Assembly (NCBI RefSeq): GCF_001186125.1
Contig: NW_014040429.1
Coordinates: forward strand, 71,714-114,834
Origin: Sphaeroforma arctica JP610
Lineage: Eukaryota
Reading direction: 5' to 3'
DNA: 43,121 nt
Positions within the stretch are counted from its first letter, which is position 1; each line of letters starts with the position of its first letter. Below the pieces are notes generated by a model. The model worked only from the letters and a program-made list of their open reading frames with translations, was not told where the DNA came from and made no database searches. A program made the translations under genes and the position numbers. This document shows, piece after piece, positions 13,301 to 27,859 of the stretch.

Positions 13301-15295
13301 GGTACGTGCCCGCCGAGACCTCAGATCCCGTGAAATCGCCTGCACGTCTGGTGGAGGACGAAATAGATGGCGAAGGCAACGAAGGTGAAGCCAGGAATGC
13401 TAACAGTGGTTCGGATGGTTCGGATGGTTCTGATGTAGACAGCAAACCCGACGACAAAGACAGCGATTCCGAATCGGACGCGACCGTGGATTCCGACGAT
13501 GGAGGGGAAGAAAACGAGACATATGTCGATTATTCTGGATTTTTTATCTCCAAAGTGCCTCACTTTGGTAGGTATATGCTCTTATTGGCCACGGGAAAGG
13601 CTGGAAATCCATTCTACGTGAATATATATCGACCGAATACCGGAAAGGGTGTTGACATCGCTGTAGACACGCTTTTGGTAGGTCCTTGTTTCAGTCTCTT
13701 CGCTCTTTAGCACTTAGCTGTGTGATGTACGTGCCTTTGATTAATGCACACTATAGCACGTGCCTCAGTCGACGCAAGATAGTTGCTGATAAAGTCAACT
13801 ATGGGGACATATCGAATGATGCTCATTTCGCATACTTGTTCACATCTTTCACGTAGCAACGGTACAAACTAGTCAAACCGGAGGAAATGGAGCAGCAGTG
13901 GACCGAATTCTATGATGCCACTAAAGATCATTGCACACACAAAAGTACGTGTCGTTGCTCCTCTGGGAAGCGCACGGTACTACACCACATTATCAATGGA
14001 AATATTGTGCAGCAGTGGTCCACCATACAAGGGTACGTTACGTTTGTGCGTGTTCATATGCGCTGCGGTTTGCCTGCGCGGACTCGTGATGACAACGGCG
14101 ATGAATCGTCGTGTGCGCATGTATGACGGTCCGAGACCTTTTTGGATTGTATTCTGTGCACGATTCAAGTCATGTTGTATTGACCACAATAGGAGAGCTT
14201 GATTGAATTCTTTTCAACTATGATTGTATCACTTCTTTGCATTTACAGCATCACGCAACGGTTCAAATCGACTCAAGCGGCCGGCAAAAATAATATGCAG
14301 ATTGTTCGGTTGGAAACCAGTACCGGGGAACGATTAGTGGGTATCTCTCTGAACGAGCAATGTATATTTGAATTGTCTATGCATCTCCGGGAGAGGGAGC
14401 ACGTACTGGCCACTACGCATACGAGAGCGAATATGACGATTGAGCCTGTTGGTACCCTAAAAATTAAACAATTACAGCGCGCAATGGTATGTTATCTGTG
14501 TGACCCGCAGCTTTTAAACAATTCTCAGTACACTGACGGAATATTTCTTTTTGTACAAGTCAATTGCATGTTGTCATTTTTAAGCATCTTGAGTACCTGA
14601 TAGCACAAACCACGGATTGTTGACGCAATCACATGTTCAATCAATTGTTCGCAGACCAAGCCTCGAGACATCACCACCTACTTCGGAGCAGCTTCTGCAG
14701 TATCTAAGCAGGAGCCGAAGGTTGAACATGAAGCTTCTCTAGGTAGAATGGCTCCCTTAAGCGAAAACTCGCAGAAAAGAAATGCTGACAATATTGAAAC
14801 GACCATCCGCGCAAAGATAAAGCCAATTGTACATTCTAAAAAGCGTAAAGTCACCTCCTCGAAAAAGTCATCGTCAAATCCGAGCTTGTTGTCTTTATTC
14901 AACAAACAAAGGTATGCAAGCTGTAGGTATTCATACTATATTGTAAATTGAATTGTAACACAGCATAGTGGGTTTTGAATGTACAAACGAAGATTTTTCC
15001 TTCCATACTGACCACTGACTGTGACACTGCCTCTAGTGTGTACGCGGTATCCTCCAATCTCACGATTGCCGTATCTCGCATTGGGTAGATATCTCTGGTT
15101 AGAATAGATGAATACCTCATTTGATTTCTAATTTGCGCTTTTGTATTGAATACTTATCATATTATCTGAAGGAGCAAGAAGCCCGGTGTTGTCAATAGTG
15201 GAAATGCGCCAGCCGCACCCAGTTCGCGTCATGCGAATCCGACTTCCCCTGCTGCCGGTCCTAAGGAAGAACCGACATATATCACACTCGACTGA
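4388..15295 (+). CDS. SBNO: Strawberry notch homolog (SBNO/FORGETTER family SF2 helicase-like protein), about 21 exons
   Basis: Exons read by hand: 4388-5507, 7157-7408, 7702-7961, 8214-8381, 8558-8782, 9045-9203, 9429-9626, 9767-9986, 10144-10304, 10589-10702, 10977-11150, 11304-11469, 11674-11779, 11952-12075, 12272-12378, 12652-12824, 13151-13677, 13857-14032, 14249-14486, 14655-14911, 15172-15295. All are GT-AG and phase-compatible. Family motifs: [31 protein letters not shown] (Walker A), FDESHKAKN (DExH), [99 protein letters not shown]. Confidence 0.93.
5612..6745. repeat. (AT)n/(GT)n microsatellites flanking the assembly gap 5665-6510 in SBNO intron 1
   Basis: Dinucleotide runs lie on both sides of the N run. 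Confidence 0.9.
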
Positions 15296-18200
15296 TGGCA
15301 GCTACGTATGTTACCATGGTCATGTGAAGAGCTGTATCGCACGGGCCGACCTTGCCCTCACTAGATGGGTATAATGTGAAGTACTACTCTGCAAATCGAG
15401 TACAGGCGAAAGGGGCCATCAGGGCTTGTGAAAGATGTCTCCAGAGCGCAGCATTCCTCTCAATAGGCGCTGGGTATGATCCATGCCATTAATGGAATAC
15501 ATCACGTGTACTGGGTGTATACTTCTAAGATTGTGGTGCAAATGGTGAAGCCCGTACTCTTATCGCTGGCTTACAGACTGGCTGCAGTCGGAGTACGGTC
15601 GCTGTTGATTGAGCGATCTGGAAACGAATCCGCGAACGCACCATGTGATACTCGATGGAAGCAATCAAAAGTGGACTTTTTTATGCTTTCAAATTCCCAC
15701 TCCTTTAGATATGTCGAGATCTTCCATCACATCCAATTAAGGCATATGAACCAGATTCCATAGGATGCACTCCCCGCCACGACTCCGTTTTTACTAGGTC
15801 ACTAACGGAGTTTTCGATATTGGAGGTCGCTGATCGGCAAATAAATTTAAAACTAGATATTTCGCATAGTCATAATACTTAATAAAATGTAAGGAAGAAC
15901 GATTAATTTACCTGCGATGTTAAGAACCGGCATCGAACAATATTAAATTAAATGGCTAATTGTTATATAAAACCAATACAACAAGAATACTGAGGCGGTT
16001 CCAAGTAGAAAAATGTTTCAGATGTGATCTCGATAAAATACAGTAGGTAGGGAGGCTGTCTGATCATATTTGTTCGACTCGTAGCTGCGAACTCTCGCCC
16101 AAACCCAAACCAGAGGGCATTTATACAAAGCAGGGGTGAGGTCAGTATAATCACTCGTACAAATAAAATAAAAGAGGGATTTGACCCGAAAATTAGGGAG
16201 GGTTCGCCTGAAACAGTTACATACTTGGAACCCGCCTGGCAGTCTTTTCAGTACTTTTCGTTTACTGTACTTGGACACTGCTAATTCCACGTCCTAGAAT
16301 GATTGTTATTAAAACGCGGACTAAGTTTGTGTATGACGGGGAAGAATATAGTGCATGAGGGGTATTAACGAGAAAAACTGCAGGAAGTTTGCGTGCCATA
16401 AGTAATACCTGATGTCATGATTGTGTGTTCCGTCACATACCTGTATTCCCGGTTCGGGCATAGCTCGTCTCGGATATAGCTCGTCACATACTGGGGAAGG
16501 CTGTCCCTAAGTATTACAAAACAGCGCTTTTGACTTCGACTCCGAATGGGTTGGGACAGGCGCGCAGACAGATTTTTGGGCTTTACCCATGCGGGTTACT
16601 TCACGCCAAACAGAAATTAGTTGGGAACCCACATGAACAACAACGCAAGCAGCGTATTTTGTAAAATTCACAGCTCAAACGAAACTTTGCTATTGTCTGG
16701 TGATACTTTACGTATTGAGTGACTTTCGCCTAAACCTGTTTGTGAATATACTTCGATAAATCTGTTGTATCATTTGATGATGATAGGCAGTTATCCAATG
16801 AAACATATTCCAAACATGTGTATACTTTAAGCGCAATTGGCGACATGAATTCAGATGAGACAGATAGAACACTATTACATATCGTAATCCATGCTTTACT
16901 AATTCAAACTCGTTTGTTCTTCATATATTTGTGGAGGAACAAGTTTGTGTCGTTGAGCATATAACTTGCGCCGATTTTTGAATTTAAAAAAGGTCACCCC
17001 GGGTAGAAGTCACTTGAAATTTTTGCACAGTTACATGGAAGTTGCTACACTACCAAGCTCATGTATGTTTTGAAAAAATAATCGATGAACTTTTCTGTTT
17101 ATATGTAGCTAATTTTTGGAAAGGTCATATAATGACACCTGATTTAAAGTAGCTTTTTTTCTCTGTAATGTGTGCTACATACCCCAAAGCGTACCGCTCA
17201 AGTAAATTTCTGATAAAATTGCTAGAAACTATCGAGTAAAACCCCTCAAGATTTGTTGATTGCGCTGGTGCACTGCCAATAACTGTGCATCTACCCTTTT
17301 GTTGGGCGGTACAAAGGCACACTTGTGTAAAATATAGAGGAGAGTTACTCGATAGTTGTTTTTTCAGCATTCGCGTGGTATTGACTATGACCAATTGTAT
17401 CACTGTCAGCAGAGTCCCTGGTTCTGTTCGCTGTCATACAAATAGCTAGCTGCCGCAACAGCCATAAAATCACCCCCAAAAAAAAAATCAGAATGTCAAC
17501 ACAGCCTTGGAGGATTAACCACTTCTGCTATCACAAAGATAACGATATTTACTCACTAATACCTGAACGCGCATTTAAAGGTTGCCTTTTAAATAGTAGG
17601 TTTGGTACGAGGCTAAATTTTAAATACAACAAGATCTGTTCGTAAGCTTCTGGTGTATGCAAATTCTTGTGGTGGTCAACCGATGCAAGCGTCGCCTGTC
17701 TTCGACATATATTACTTGATTTTGCGCCTGGCTCATATTCATTTTGAGTGAGGGCGCAATACACATGCACTTGAGCTAAAACACATCTGGCCGGTGTCTA
17801 CCGGCGTCCATTTCTAACAGTTCAAGCTTAGACTCTTTGTGTACATGCCTATTATCCAATAGCAGTGACTATGCAACTAAAATGATGGACCATTCTTTTT
17901 ACAAGCAACAGAATTCTAGCCAAAAAGCGACACTTACGGGGAATGATGTTTTCTTTCAAAAGATACAGGTCTTCGATTAAATACGAATTGCGGAGTACAC
18001 ATCACATAAGCACATCCCGCACTAACGCTTTCATTTCCACTACTCTATAAAAATAAAAATCGAGAGGAGAGTCAGAAAAGTGATCTAGGCTTATACGATT
18101 TCTCAATATGTGCATCAGAGCGCGGCTTTCATGTGATCATATCTTTGACGTCTGCTACATGACTCATCACTCGAAAATGCAAGAATTGCGAATAATTCTC

Positions 18201-18495
18201 ACTTGGTATTCTGCAGAATATAAAGCAGTGTGCTATCATATTTGTTTAACTAAAAAACCGCCTATCAACCGGGCCTCAATCTTGGGGCAGGGGCAACTTA
18301 ATTAAATGCGGTAATTACCCAATCCTTATTTTATCATTCGAGACGGATTATCACCACACTTCTGAGCAATTGTTGTTTTCACACCATGTCCATTGCACCA
18401 TCACTTCACGAATTACTGATATGCACGTATTAGAGTGTAGGTCGGTTTTGAGGTTGGTAGAATATACGATTATAGTGTACTAAAGCACTATAGAG

Positions 18496-18673
<178 letters not shown>

Positions 18674-19333
18674 NNNNNNNNNNNNNNNNNNNNNNNNNNN
18701 NNNNNNNNNNNNNNNNNNNNNNNNNNNNNNNNNNNNNNNNNNNNNNNNNNNNNNNNNNNNNNNNNNNNNNNNNNNNNNNNNNNNNNNNNNNNNNNNNNNN
18801 NNNNNNNNNNNNNNNNNNNNNNNNNNNNNNNNNNNNNNNNNNNNNNNNNNNNNNNNNNNNNNNNNNNNNNNNNNNNNNNNNNNNNNNNNNNNNNNNNNNN
18901 NNNNNNNNNNNNNNNNNNNNNNNNNNNNNNNNNNNNNNNNNNNNNNNNNNNNNNNNNNNNNNNNNNNNNNNNNNNNNNNNNNNNNNNNNNNNNNNNNNNN
19001 NNNNNNNNNNNNNNNNNNNNNNNNNNNNNNNNNNNNNNNNNNNNNNNNNNNNNNNNNNNNNNNNNNNNNNNNNNNNNNNNNNNNNNNNNNNNNNNNNNNN
19101 NNNNNNNNNNNNNNNNNNNNNNNNNNNNNNNNNNNNNNNNNNNNNNNNNNNNNNNNNNNNNNNNNNNNNNNNNNNNNNNNNNNNNNNNNNNNNNNNNNNN
19201 NNNNNNNNNNNNNNNNNNNNNNNNNNNNNNNNNNNNNNNNNNNNNNNNNNNNNNNNNNNNNNNNNNNNNNNNNNNNNNNNNNNNNNNNNNNNNNNNNNNN
19301 NNNNNNNNNNNNNNNNNNNNNNNNNNNNNNNNN

Positions 19334-22300
19334 AGTAGGCGAGATAGAGCGTGTTTCATCCGGCCGCATAGCTGCTAAAAGAACACGTGTAGATATTCCG
19401 GAGTATGTACGCTCGCTCGAGACCCCATCAGACAATGATAGTGCGCCTCATAGTAACTATACACACTCAGAGAGTACCACCATCGTCACAATCAGCGCAA
19501 ACAAAACCGGTCGCATCAATACAATAGGAAATATCCCGCAGGAGTTCGGCTGGAGCCGATTTTTTAGAAAGGCACTACCCAATACACAACTACGTGCACA
19601 CAGCACTGGATTTGCAACACACACAAAAACACACCCACACAGCTGGAGTTGCATGTCACAAATCGTGTTGAAAGCTACCAATACGAATTGCAAATATAGT
19701 GCATCCTGCGAATCCGGATGAATTGCTGAATGATGTTGCTACAGCTAGGTACTACAAACAAGGCGACCGTAGATTAGAGTAAGTTCCTAGGTAGACGAGT
19801 ACTACATAGCGTCGTTGATATATATAATGTAGCTCCTAAAAACTCTTTGCAGAAGAGGATAACTAGAACCATACTCATGAAGAGACTAAGTAGGAAAGAA
19901 ATTGATACTCTGAAGAAGTGTTGCAAACTAACTTTATCCGGCTCGTCGCGTGATGTAGGCTACGTGGACTACAAAACGATGGATCTTGGTATCAGCTTGG
20001 AGGTAGTTAAGCGCAGCAAGACTAGGTTTAACAACTCAAATCTGGAAGCTGCAATCAAGTTCATACTTTCAGATGAAAACGTCTGTTCAATATCTTGGGG
20101 CACTAAATTCTTGAGAATATGATACGAGGAGCTTGTAATCTTGCCGGCATTAACACGGCGGAAACCTATGCAGATTATTTACAAGGGTTATGTCGTATCT
20201 GTTGATGAAGACGACCAAATTGGAACAACAAGCTTCATGAAAGTGGTTTTCTCTAATGCGAATAACGATGAAAAGTTTATCAATGTTGTCGTATATGTCA
20301 CAGGTTGTCTCGTTAGGGTCGTAGTAGTACAATGCAGACTATACTTGAAAACTTCGCTGAGGACCAAACAGAACGAACACTGCTCTCCATGTTGGATCTA
20401 GGCAAGGCCTTCATTAAGCAAAAACCAGATCATTATGTAATCCTTGACGACGCAGTAAACACTCGAGGGCTAGAATATGCGCTTTTAAAGCCTGTAAAAT
20501 AAATGTACCTGTTGAAGTTGAAGAGTGTATCGGGTGTAAATTCGTGCCCTGGGTGGTGTCACAAGTGAAAGAAACAGTGAGACGGAGTGCCTATGGTGGG
20601 GCCGATGTACAACAGGATGCTCTAGAAGTACTTGAGGTATGACGAGATAAATTAGAGATATATTATGGGCATCCTATCAGAGTCAAGAATCAGCAACAAC
20701 ATTATGACAAAGTCCTGAAAGCCATGTCCGATCGCTGCATAGCCAATAAAGGGAGCACATAACAATTCACATCAATTGATTGGAAATTGGAGTTCGACCC
20801 TATATCAACTAGAGAGACCCACTCACGAACACTATGGACAACGTGGTGTGGGATGGCACGGATGTATGTCCATGTACATCGAGTACATAGAATGGGATGA
20901 GGAAAATGAAGACGGGCAGTTGGTTAAAAAGAAGGCGGCAGTGCGGCACATCGTGTATGGTGGTCAAATATTAGAAGGTGAGAATAAGCAGGACACATCC
21001 TGCGTATATCCAATAATAGAAGCATACCTTTTTGCAATCAAAGAACGTCTGCCGCCCATGACAACAACTGTTCTTGCCTCGGATAATGCTGAAAGTTACA
21101 AATCCAATGAGTTAGTAGGAATCGGAATATTAAACCTTACTAGTCCAATACAGATTGCAAGATACATGCATACTGAGACATAAGATGACAAAAGGCCTGA
21201 TAGACGCTCATTTCGCACGGGCGGTGGTCATGTTAATAGCTTTATGAAATTCCCGAGGCGTAACAGGATAAAAGAATAACGACATCAAAAGGTCTAACAA
21301 CGACATTGGCCTAGAAACGGGGTATACCGAGCTCCTTTGTACAATTAATCACGGTCGATCGAAAGGGACGGTTACATGAGTTCTTAGAACGAACCAAAAA
21401 GATAGTAGATGCGGCTGCGAATATTTTTTACGCGAGCTAATGATGTAACCTTCGAAGGTATTGATTGTGCATTGGAAGAATATGATAAATTAGACCTCGA
21501 GAAGATTCTTGGGAGTGACACGGTGATGTATCTGCGTACATACGCCTATTCTAAAATTAATACAGGTGTGCTCTACCGAGTTGACTTCGGTGATGAAGCA
21601 TTTACTATAGTCAATAAGTCGGAGAATGTCGAAGTTTGTGGTGAAAGTGTGGGTGACGGCGTAATTAGTGTGAGAGATCGGAAAATGATAGTGAGGCACC
21701 ACACCATGTACAGGAGCCTGATGGGCCAGATTATGTGCTCGAGGCTGGTGAGATAGCTCAGGAATCAAATGAATTGAATCCGGAGTTAGAGCTCAAAAAT
21801 GAAGTCGCAGTTGAGCTCCATGTCGACCACGTCAAGAGCCTGAACATGAGTATGAGACTGTTGCCGCCACAGAGCTCATCGAATTTGGACCTGGGGACCC
21901 TGATAGGGGGGAAGAAGATTATCTAATGTATATGTATTAAGCAATCAAAGTTTGGTGTTATCTTAGGTCCGCGCGACCATCTACGTGATTAACGCCAGAA
22001 AGAGATATACAAAGTTCGATCCGCAAATACTCTCATCTCCTCCCTTGCTGTGGCTGTACGAAACGGAAGTGAGGCTTTTGCTGTGATTGATCTTGCTAAT
22101 GACTTGCACCCTAAGAAATTCGCACAAGGATGGGCGAGACGTAGGCCTCGTGGCCAGCAATACGGCGAATCATACATGAAACATCTTGTAAGGGCGTGGC
22201 TGACGCTTCGTTTTAAATACAGCTGGGAACTATGCTGGCACAACTGAAATTGATGTACCCTGGACGCTATTCTCTTCCAGGTGAAATGGATATAAGGACA

Positions 22301-22690
22301 CAAATATCAACGATGACACAAGCGACAAAATGGGCCGATGCCAAGAGAAGCTAGAGGTAGAAGCGGTTGAAAGGGAGGTCTTAGCAAGAGCTCAGGCAGT
22401 ATCTAGAGGCGAAGAGTACGTTCTTGTCAACTCCAAGAAGCCTAAAGCGACTGAGCCCTTCCCTAAGAAATATCGAAGTGACTTGCAGCAGATGGTCTCC
22501 GACGATATCACGATTAAGTGGCAAGCGGTATTACCTAATTTGAAAGCTATGTATGCTAAAGAGAATAGAAGTTTGCCTGAGGACTTTCAGTAGACACAGG
22601 AATCAAGTCTAAGCTTATATATGGCAAGACTAAGGCAAAAAAGTTGGATCTCTGGGCAAAGTTATTACCCAGAACTGTTGTTGGTGAACG
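19334..22690 (+). pseudogene. Fragmented large DDE-type transposase, resembling Sola3
   Basis: Collinear + strand fragments broken by stops and frameshifts: ISWGTK...LPALTRRK; IDW(K)...RE...HYGQRGVGWHG; NKQD..CV..IIEA.L..IKE.LP......SDNAESY; YMHTET*D.K.LIDAHF; FAQGWARRRPRGQQYG. From memory these match the DWAMK..RE.Q..FGKRG.SWH / SDNA..Y / E...GK..CD pattern of Sola3-type transposases. The superfamily was not verified by a search. Confidence 0.6.
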
Positions 22691-23373
22691 AATTGAATCA
22701 ATACATGTGCTTATAGATTAACATATATCATCCAAACCTCTTTATGGATAATTTACACTTTATTAGTTCGTTCAACGCTATAAATTGCAAATTCTAGGGT
22801 AGAAGCACTCTAAATACCATTATGCGGAATTTCCATCTCATGGCCATTTAATGCACCATTGGCCATAACCCTCATTAATACAGCTTCCGCCACCATAAGG
22901 ATGATCATGCACACTATTTATATGCTATAAATAAGTTTATGACCCTTAAAACACTACATTACTGCCATTCGAAGTACGATAATCGTATATTGCCGGTAGC
23001 AATACATAGTGAAGTATTGGTGCTATGGCCTAGCTTCAAAAACAATTATTGCTCAGAACTACTTGCTTAAAACATATGGAGTGATAAAACAAGGTTTTAC
23101 TTAATACCGTTTTTAAACAAGAACCTGCTATTCCAAGCTTTTGGACCCTAAGGCCCGGTTGATAGGCGATTTTTAGTTAAAACAACGCAATTTTGCGTAA
23201 CAAAGATACAGTAATGTGTCGTACAAAATTGAAAGCCGGATAGCTGAAATCAATCAAATTTCACCGACATGCTTTTAGCAACGATACTACGAGTTTTGAC
23301 CGAGTTCACCTTGGGCGTGATAACTAGAATGATACTTGTGTAGAAGCACAATTTCTAGGTGGCCTAGAACTAT

Positions 23374-23690
23374 CAATAATGGGCTATGTATAATTACACG
23401 ATAAAATGCCTCTTCGGCAATATTGTATTGTTTCCTTTAATAGTGCTCAGAAATCACATCGATGGCAATAGTCTGGCTTATAGATTTGTTTGTATTTAAG
23501 ACGAAGCACCTAATAAATTATTAGATGAGAAACACATATTATGGTCCGTCTAGAAGAATTAACAATAATGGGTTATATATAATTACACGATAAAATGCCT
23601 CTTTGACAATATTTTATTGTTTCCTTTTTATTACTGTTCAGAAACCACCTTGATGGCTGTAGTCTGGCTTATAGGTTTGTTTACATTTTT
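23374..23690. repeat. Diverged direct repeat, about 125 bp x2, period about 189 bp
   Basis: caataatgggctatgtataattacacgataaaatgcctc...gtctggcttatagatttgttt (23374-23495) versus caataatgggttatatataattacacgataaaatgcctc...gtctggcttataggtttgttt (23563-23685). Confidence 0.9.
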
Positions 23691-26600
23691 AATGAATTAT
23701 AAGATGGGCTCGTCTGTTTCTGAAAATCCTAATATTGAATCAATTATTTTCGTCTCATTTTTTTTCCAGTAGGAATAAATCGACAAGTATAGGCATACTG
23801 TAAAACTGTACATTTGTCCATAACTTGTCTATCCATGTGACTGTAGCGTACCTAGCTATAAGTCGCGATATAAAAGCTTAGTGACGTGCAAAGGAAATCA
23901 CCTTTTACTTTATGTATGCGATTAACGGCTTCACAGCATTTTATAGTATCCATCGGAATGTGCTATGACTACAGGACTAAAATATGCCACGAAGCCTTAA
24001 AAGCGGTCGAATACAGGGACAAAGATGCACCAATGAAATATTTCCCTGTGGACTGTGTGCTTCCAACAGCACTACATGTGAAGTATTTCCTGCACTCGTC
24101 TGCATGCAGTCTAGCACCACCCTTGATCGCGCTTAAACAATATGAGTGGTTGCACCTGTACAGATGGTAGATACGCACGATGCCTCTGCCCGAATCCCCG
24201 GTCTGGCGTTTATTGATAATAGCTACAAATTGCATTAGATATTGTAGGCGATGGTGGAGTGGATTTTGATTTATTTTATCGGCTTTCGATCCAGCCAATG
24301 TCTCTCAAAAACGCCACTCGCTTAAATGCGTCAAATTGAGGGCTGCCACCCTTTTCGCTAAGATTTCAACGCCTTTTCGACGATTTTATTGGTGCCCTCG
24401 GACACACTTTATCGAAAAGCTTGGAGGGTAGCCACTCGTATTGATAAAGTGCGCTAAGTTGGCTACAACTCTATTTTGATCATTTTGTTATCGTACGTTG
24501 CCAATATTTGAATATGATTGACTTACGAGCATCGTCTCATTGCCGGAATACCAACTTCGCACCGATCCAGCAAGCCGTCCATATATGGGTGCCTACAATC
24601 GTAAATAAACAAAGCCGATGGGCTTACTAGAGCAGGGTACCCTCCCGTGTCCGTGTGTGACTGAAGGGTGAAGGAAGGTGATACCAAAACATGCACCACC
24701 ACCCCCCTCCCCCCTCACAGCTAAACAAAAACCTTACTTCTATAGCTTTAAGTCTACTTACCTGAGTTTGATGCACACTTATTCTTATGAACACTTCTGT
24801 TCTGCTTTACTTTGCTATAACTACACGAGTCAGGTTACAGCTGCAGGTCGTTTAGTCGAGTGCAAGAATCACGTGGCCTTTAATGTGCTCAGGTGGTAGC
24901 TGGGGTGAAGTCAACAGTAAGCTTTTAGCAACTCTTCTACGTTGGATAGTGTCGCTGAGAAAATCGTGGAGGAATATAAAATGCATCTGTTTCGATGGGG
25001 CACACGGATGTTCGAGAAGTATATAATACTGGAGGATTTCTATAGATTCCGAGTGTCTAACCAGCTGCATAAGAGACTCCATTACATCCACGGGCGTCGT
25101 AAAACAGATGTAATACACTTACTGCGAAAGTCGAAAGATAGAAATACTTCGTCAACCAAAAAATTATTCACTGGTTTCCTATTTTGGCGTATGAGTGGTG
25201 ACAGTGTATTTTTGGATGATGACACAGTGTAAGTTCGCCTTGTTACATTTACAATGCACACTGCGAGACCCGCTCTAACTCGGCGCGCCCGAGGGCCAGG
25301 AGAGGAACAACCATCCTAAACTCCAAGCCGTAGCAAATGGAATACAGAAGTATAGCGCCACTCCCTAACAAGACAGCAACAAGCCATGAACCAACTACTC
25401 CATTCGGCAGACGGGATGTCCACAGGTTGCCATTGCATAATACTATGCTGGCCCGATGATGAAATGTCTACTCACCGCCCGCGCATCCTGTAAAAAGAAA
25501 GAGAAAATGATGGAGTGCCCGACCAGTTCAAAAGTTTCGGGCTATGTGCGGAATAATTTCACGTTGCGGTCTGCTTCCTGTACAAGTGTTTATTCGTCTA
25601 CTAGCGTTTCGGCTAATGCTTTCCGGCCAGGAGCAACCAATGAACGCGTCGAACATGTGAACGCGAGTGAGACAAGGTAACGTAAGTATAATTTTACAAT
25701 TTACTGGCTCGTACCCAAAAAGTGGTAGTGGTGACATTCCCATATGTCTGGATCACACGTAGATGACTGCTTTTTGTTTTTGTTTTTTGGTCAGAGATAC
25801 TGACAGTTTTGTGAGCTGGCCGCCGATAAAGTATGAACTTCGCCGTATACATGTTGAAGTGCAAAATAAATAACAAATAAATTAATATTTGCTTGTTTTT
25901 AGTTCTTTCAATCCATATAATTTGAAAATGAACGTGTATTTAAATTTTTAAATACAGAGAGGAACCAATTTATGTCATTTGGTCCTGATATTTTATAAAT
26001 GGCCAGACGCCGTATTTCTACATAGCCCCAGCAGCTTTTAGAACTACGAACAACCGTGAAAAAACGATCTAGTTTATAAAGTGAAACCCAAAGTAAAACG
26101 GTTTCGGTTATGTCCTACCTAGATAGGTTTGTGCCTGCATGTACGAGTTCAAGACTCACTCTTTTTTCGTTTAGTATTAGGTCCAGTAACCATTTTCGAT
26201 GTAGGCGCCATACTTTTTTTTATGTAAGATTAAGGGCAGGGGTTCTTCTTTATTAGTTGCAAAGTTTGAAGAAGATTCTTTACTTTGTTAAGCAGACCAG
26301 ATAGTTTTGCCACATATGAAGTAGGCGGCAAAGAAGGGATTCCAGATCTATCAGAGTCCGCAGCAACCTGAGGAATTCTCATCCTTTTATCTCATGTATT
26401 TGTATGAAACCACGTATTCCATTTCTTATAAAAGATTCAAAGGAAGTCGCAGGATTCACAAAAGACATGGGATGATACCCATGCTACTGTTCCACTCTTA
26501 AATATGGGGTTTGTAGTAAGTGTGACCGTATTCGGATGTTTTGCCAATAAAATCTTTGACATATGACTCCATAACAGGCACTTCAAAATCAAATGAGAGG

Positions 26601-27859
26601 GCAATTGAGATCTAGGATGTAGGCGTTAGTACCATCTATGTTATTAGCTTCGTAAGTACCACTTTCCTCATCGTGGTAGGAGATAAATAAATAAAATCTT
26701 TAGAACAGAGTTCTGTAACGTTGACGTTTCTGTTACTAGAGATAATGTAATCTTCAACTTAAACTGAACAATGTTCTTTGTATCATTCCAACGGTTTTTA
26801 GGCTTTTAGCAAGATGCGGTTTTTGCGCTTGAGTTAACAGGGGTAAACGAAGTTCTGCATATGAGTAATCTTTTGTCGCCACGGGGTAACGTGTTCCTCC
26901 GGCGCAGCTTTATAAAATGTTGCTTGTAATTTACTATAGCCGTCAAAGAAATAATGAAACGGGAGTGTTCCCGTTTGAAAATTCATGCATTTAATCATTT
27001 GAGTTTGAACCTATTTCAAATGATAAGGCCACATATCCTCATCGTCATATAGGACGGTACCCAAGAGTTTCTTACCTCACTACTGCGTATCTCATTAATA
27101 CCCTGCTTTTGATGTATATAAGGAACACCACGTCTATGGGCCATACCCATAAGTGCCTTCATTACATCGTTACAGAACTCGCTATCATTATCAGAGCATA
27201 GTACTCGGAGAAAATCGAAGTCATTAAAGACTTGATAGCATAACTTTGCAATTGTTTGCCGGCGTTTGCTCGGTATTGCAAAACGCATGTTGTAGCCCGA
27301 AGCCACACATAAGAAATGGTAGATATATACATCGCATTTCACAAATAGCCATCCCATAAGTATTCTCGTAAGCTCGATGAGCAAAGTTGTGAATGATCAT
27401 AACTTTACTTTCATGCTCTTCTAATGAGTATCACTGGTGGGGTGAACCATTTCCACGGTACTTAGGCAACTTCAGTATTAGTAGGAGTTATTTCCTGTGA
27501 TAAATAGTTATTAACGACAGATTGTTAAAAGTATCCTCTTTGGTTGTTTTGCATTTAAAAAGCACTTTAAGTGGTTGAGTGCAAGCTTTAGGGTTCGTAT
27601 AAAAATGAGTCCTACATCCACGGCCATAGCTAGTTTCATGTTTTTACGACCTATTGCCGTTTCCATCGGCACGACCTTGATTTCATTCTTGCTGAGTGCA
27701 TGTGTTGTGCAAGTCTGGAGTTTGTGATCAAACTGCTCAGACACTTTTAGTTTAGCATAGAATTGGGTTGAGCCTTTCCAACTTCATTTAATGATACCTG
27801 CAGGACCGATGCGACAAATATGGCGTGTTTCTATGGTGATCTCTTAATAGATTAGGATC

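Noticed and set aside
12867..13457. 196-aa minus-strand ORF
   Set aside because: It is the antisense shadow of a low-complexity acidic SBNO exon.
15300..18200. Short ORFs downstream of SBNO
   Set aside because: No motifs on either strand, so I treated it as UTR or intergenic sequence.
23886..25760. Short ORFs with coding-like composition
   Set aside because: No recognisable motif or consistent splice model. It may be an unidentifiable relic and needs BLASTx.
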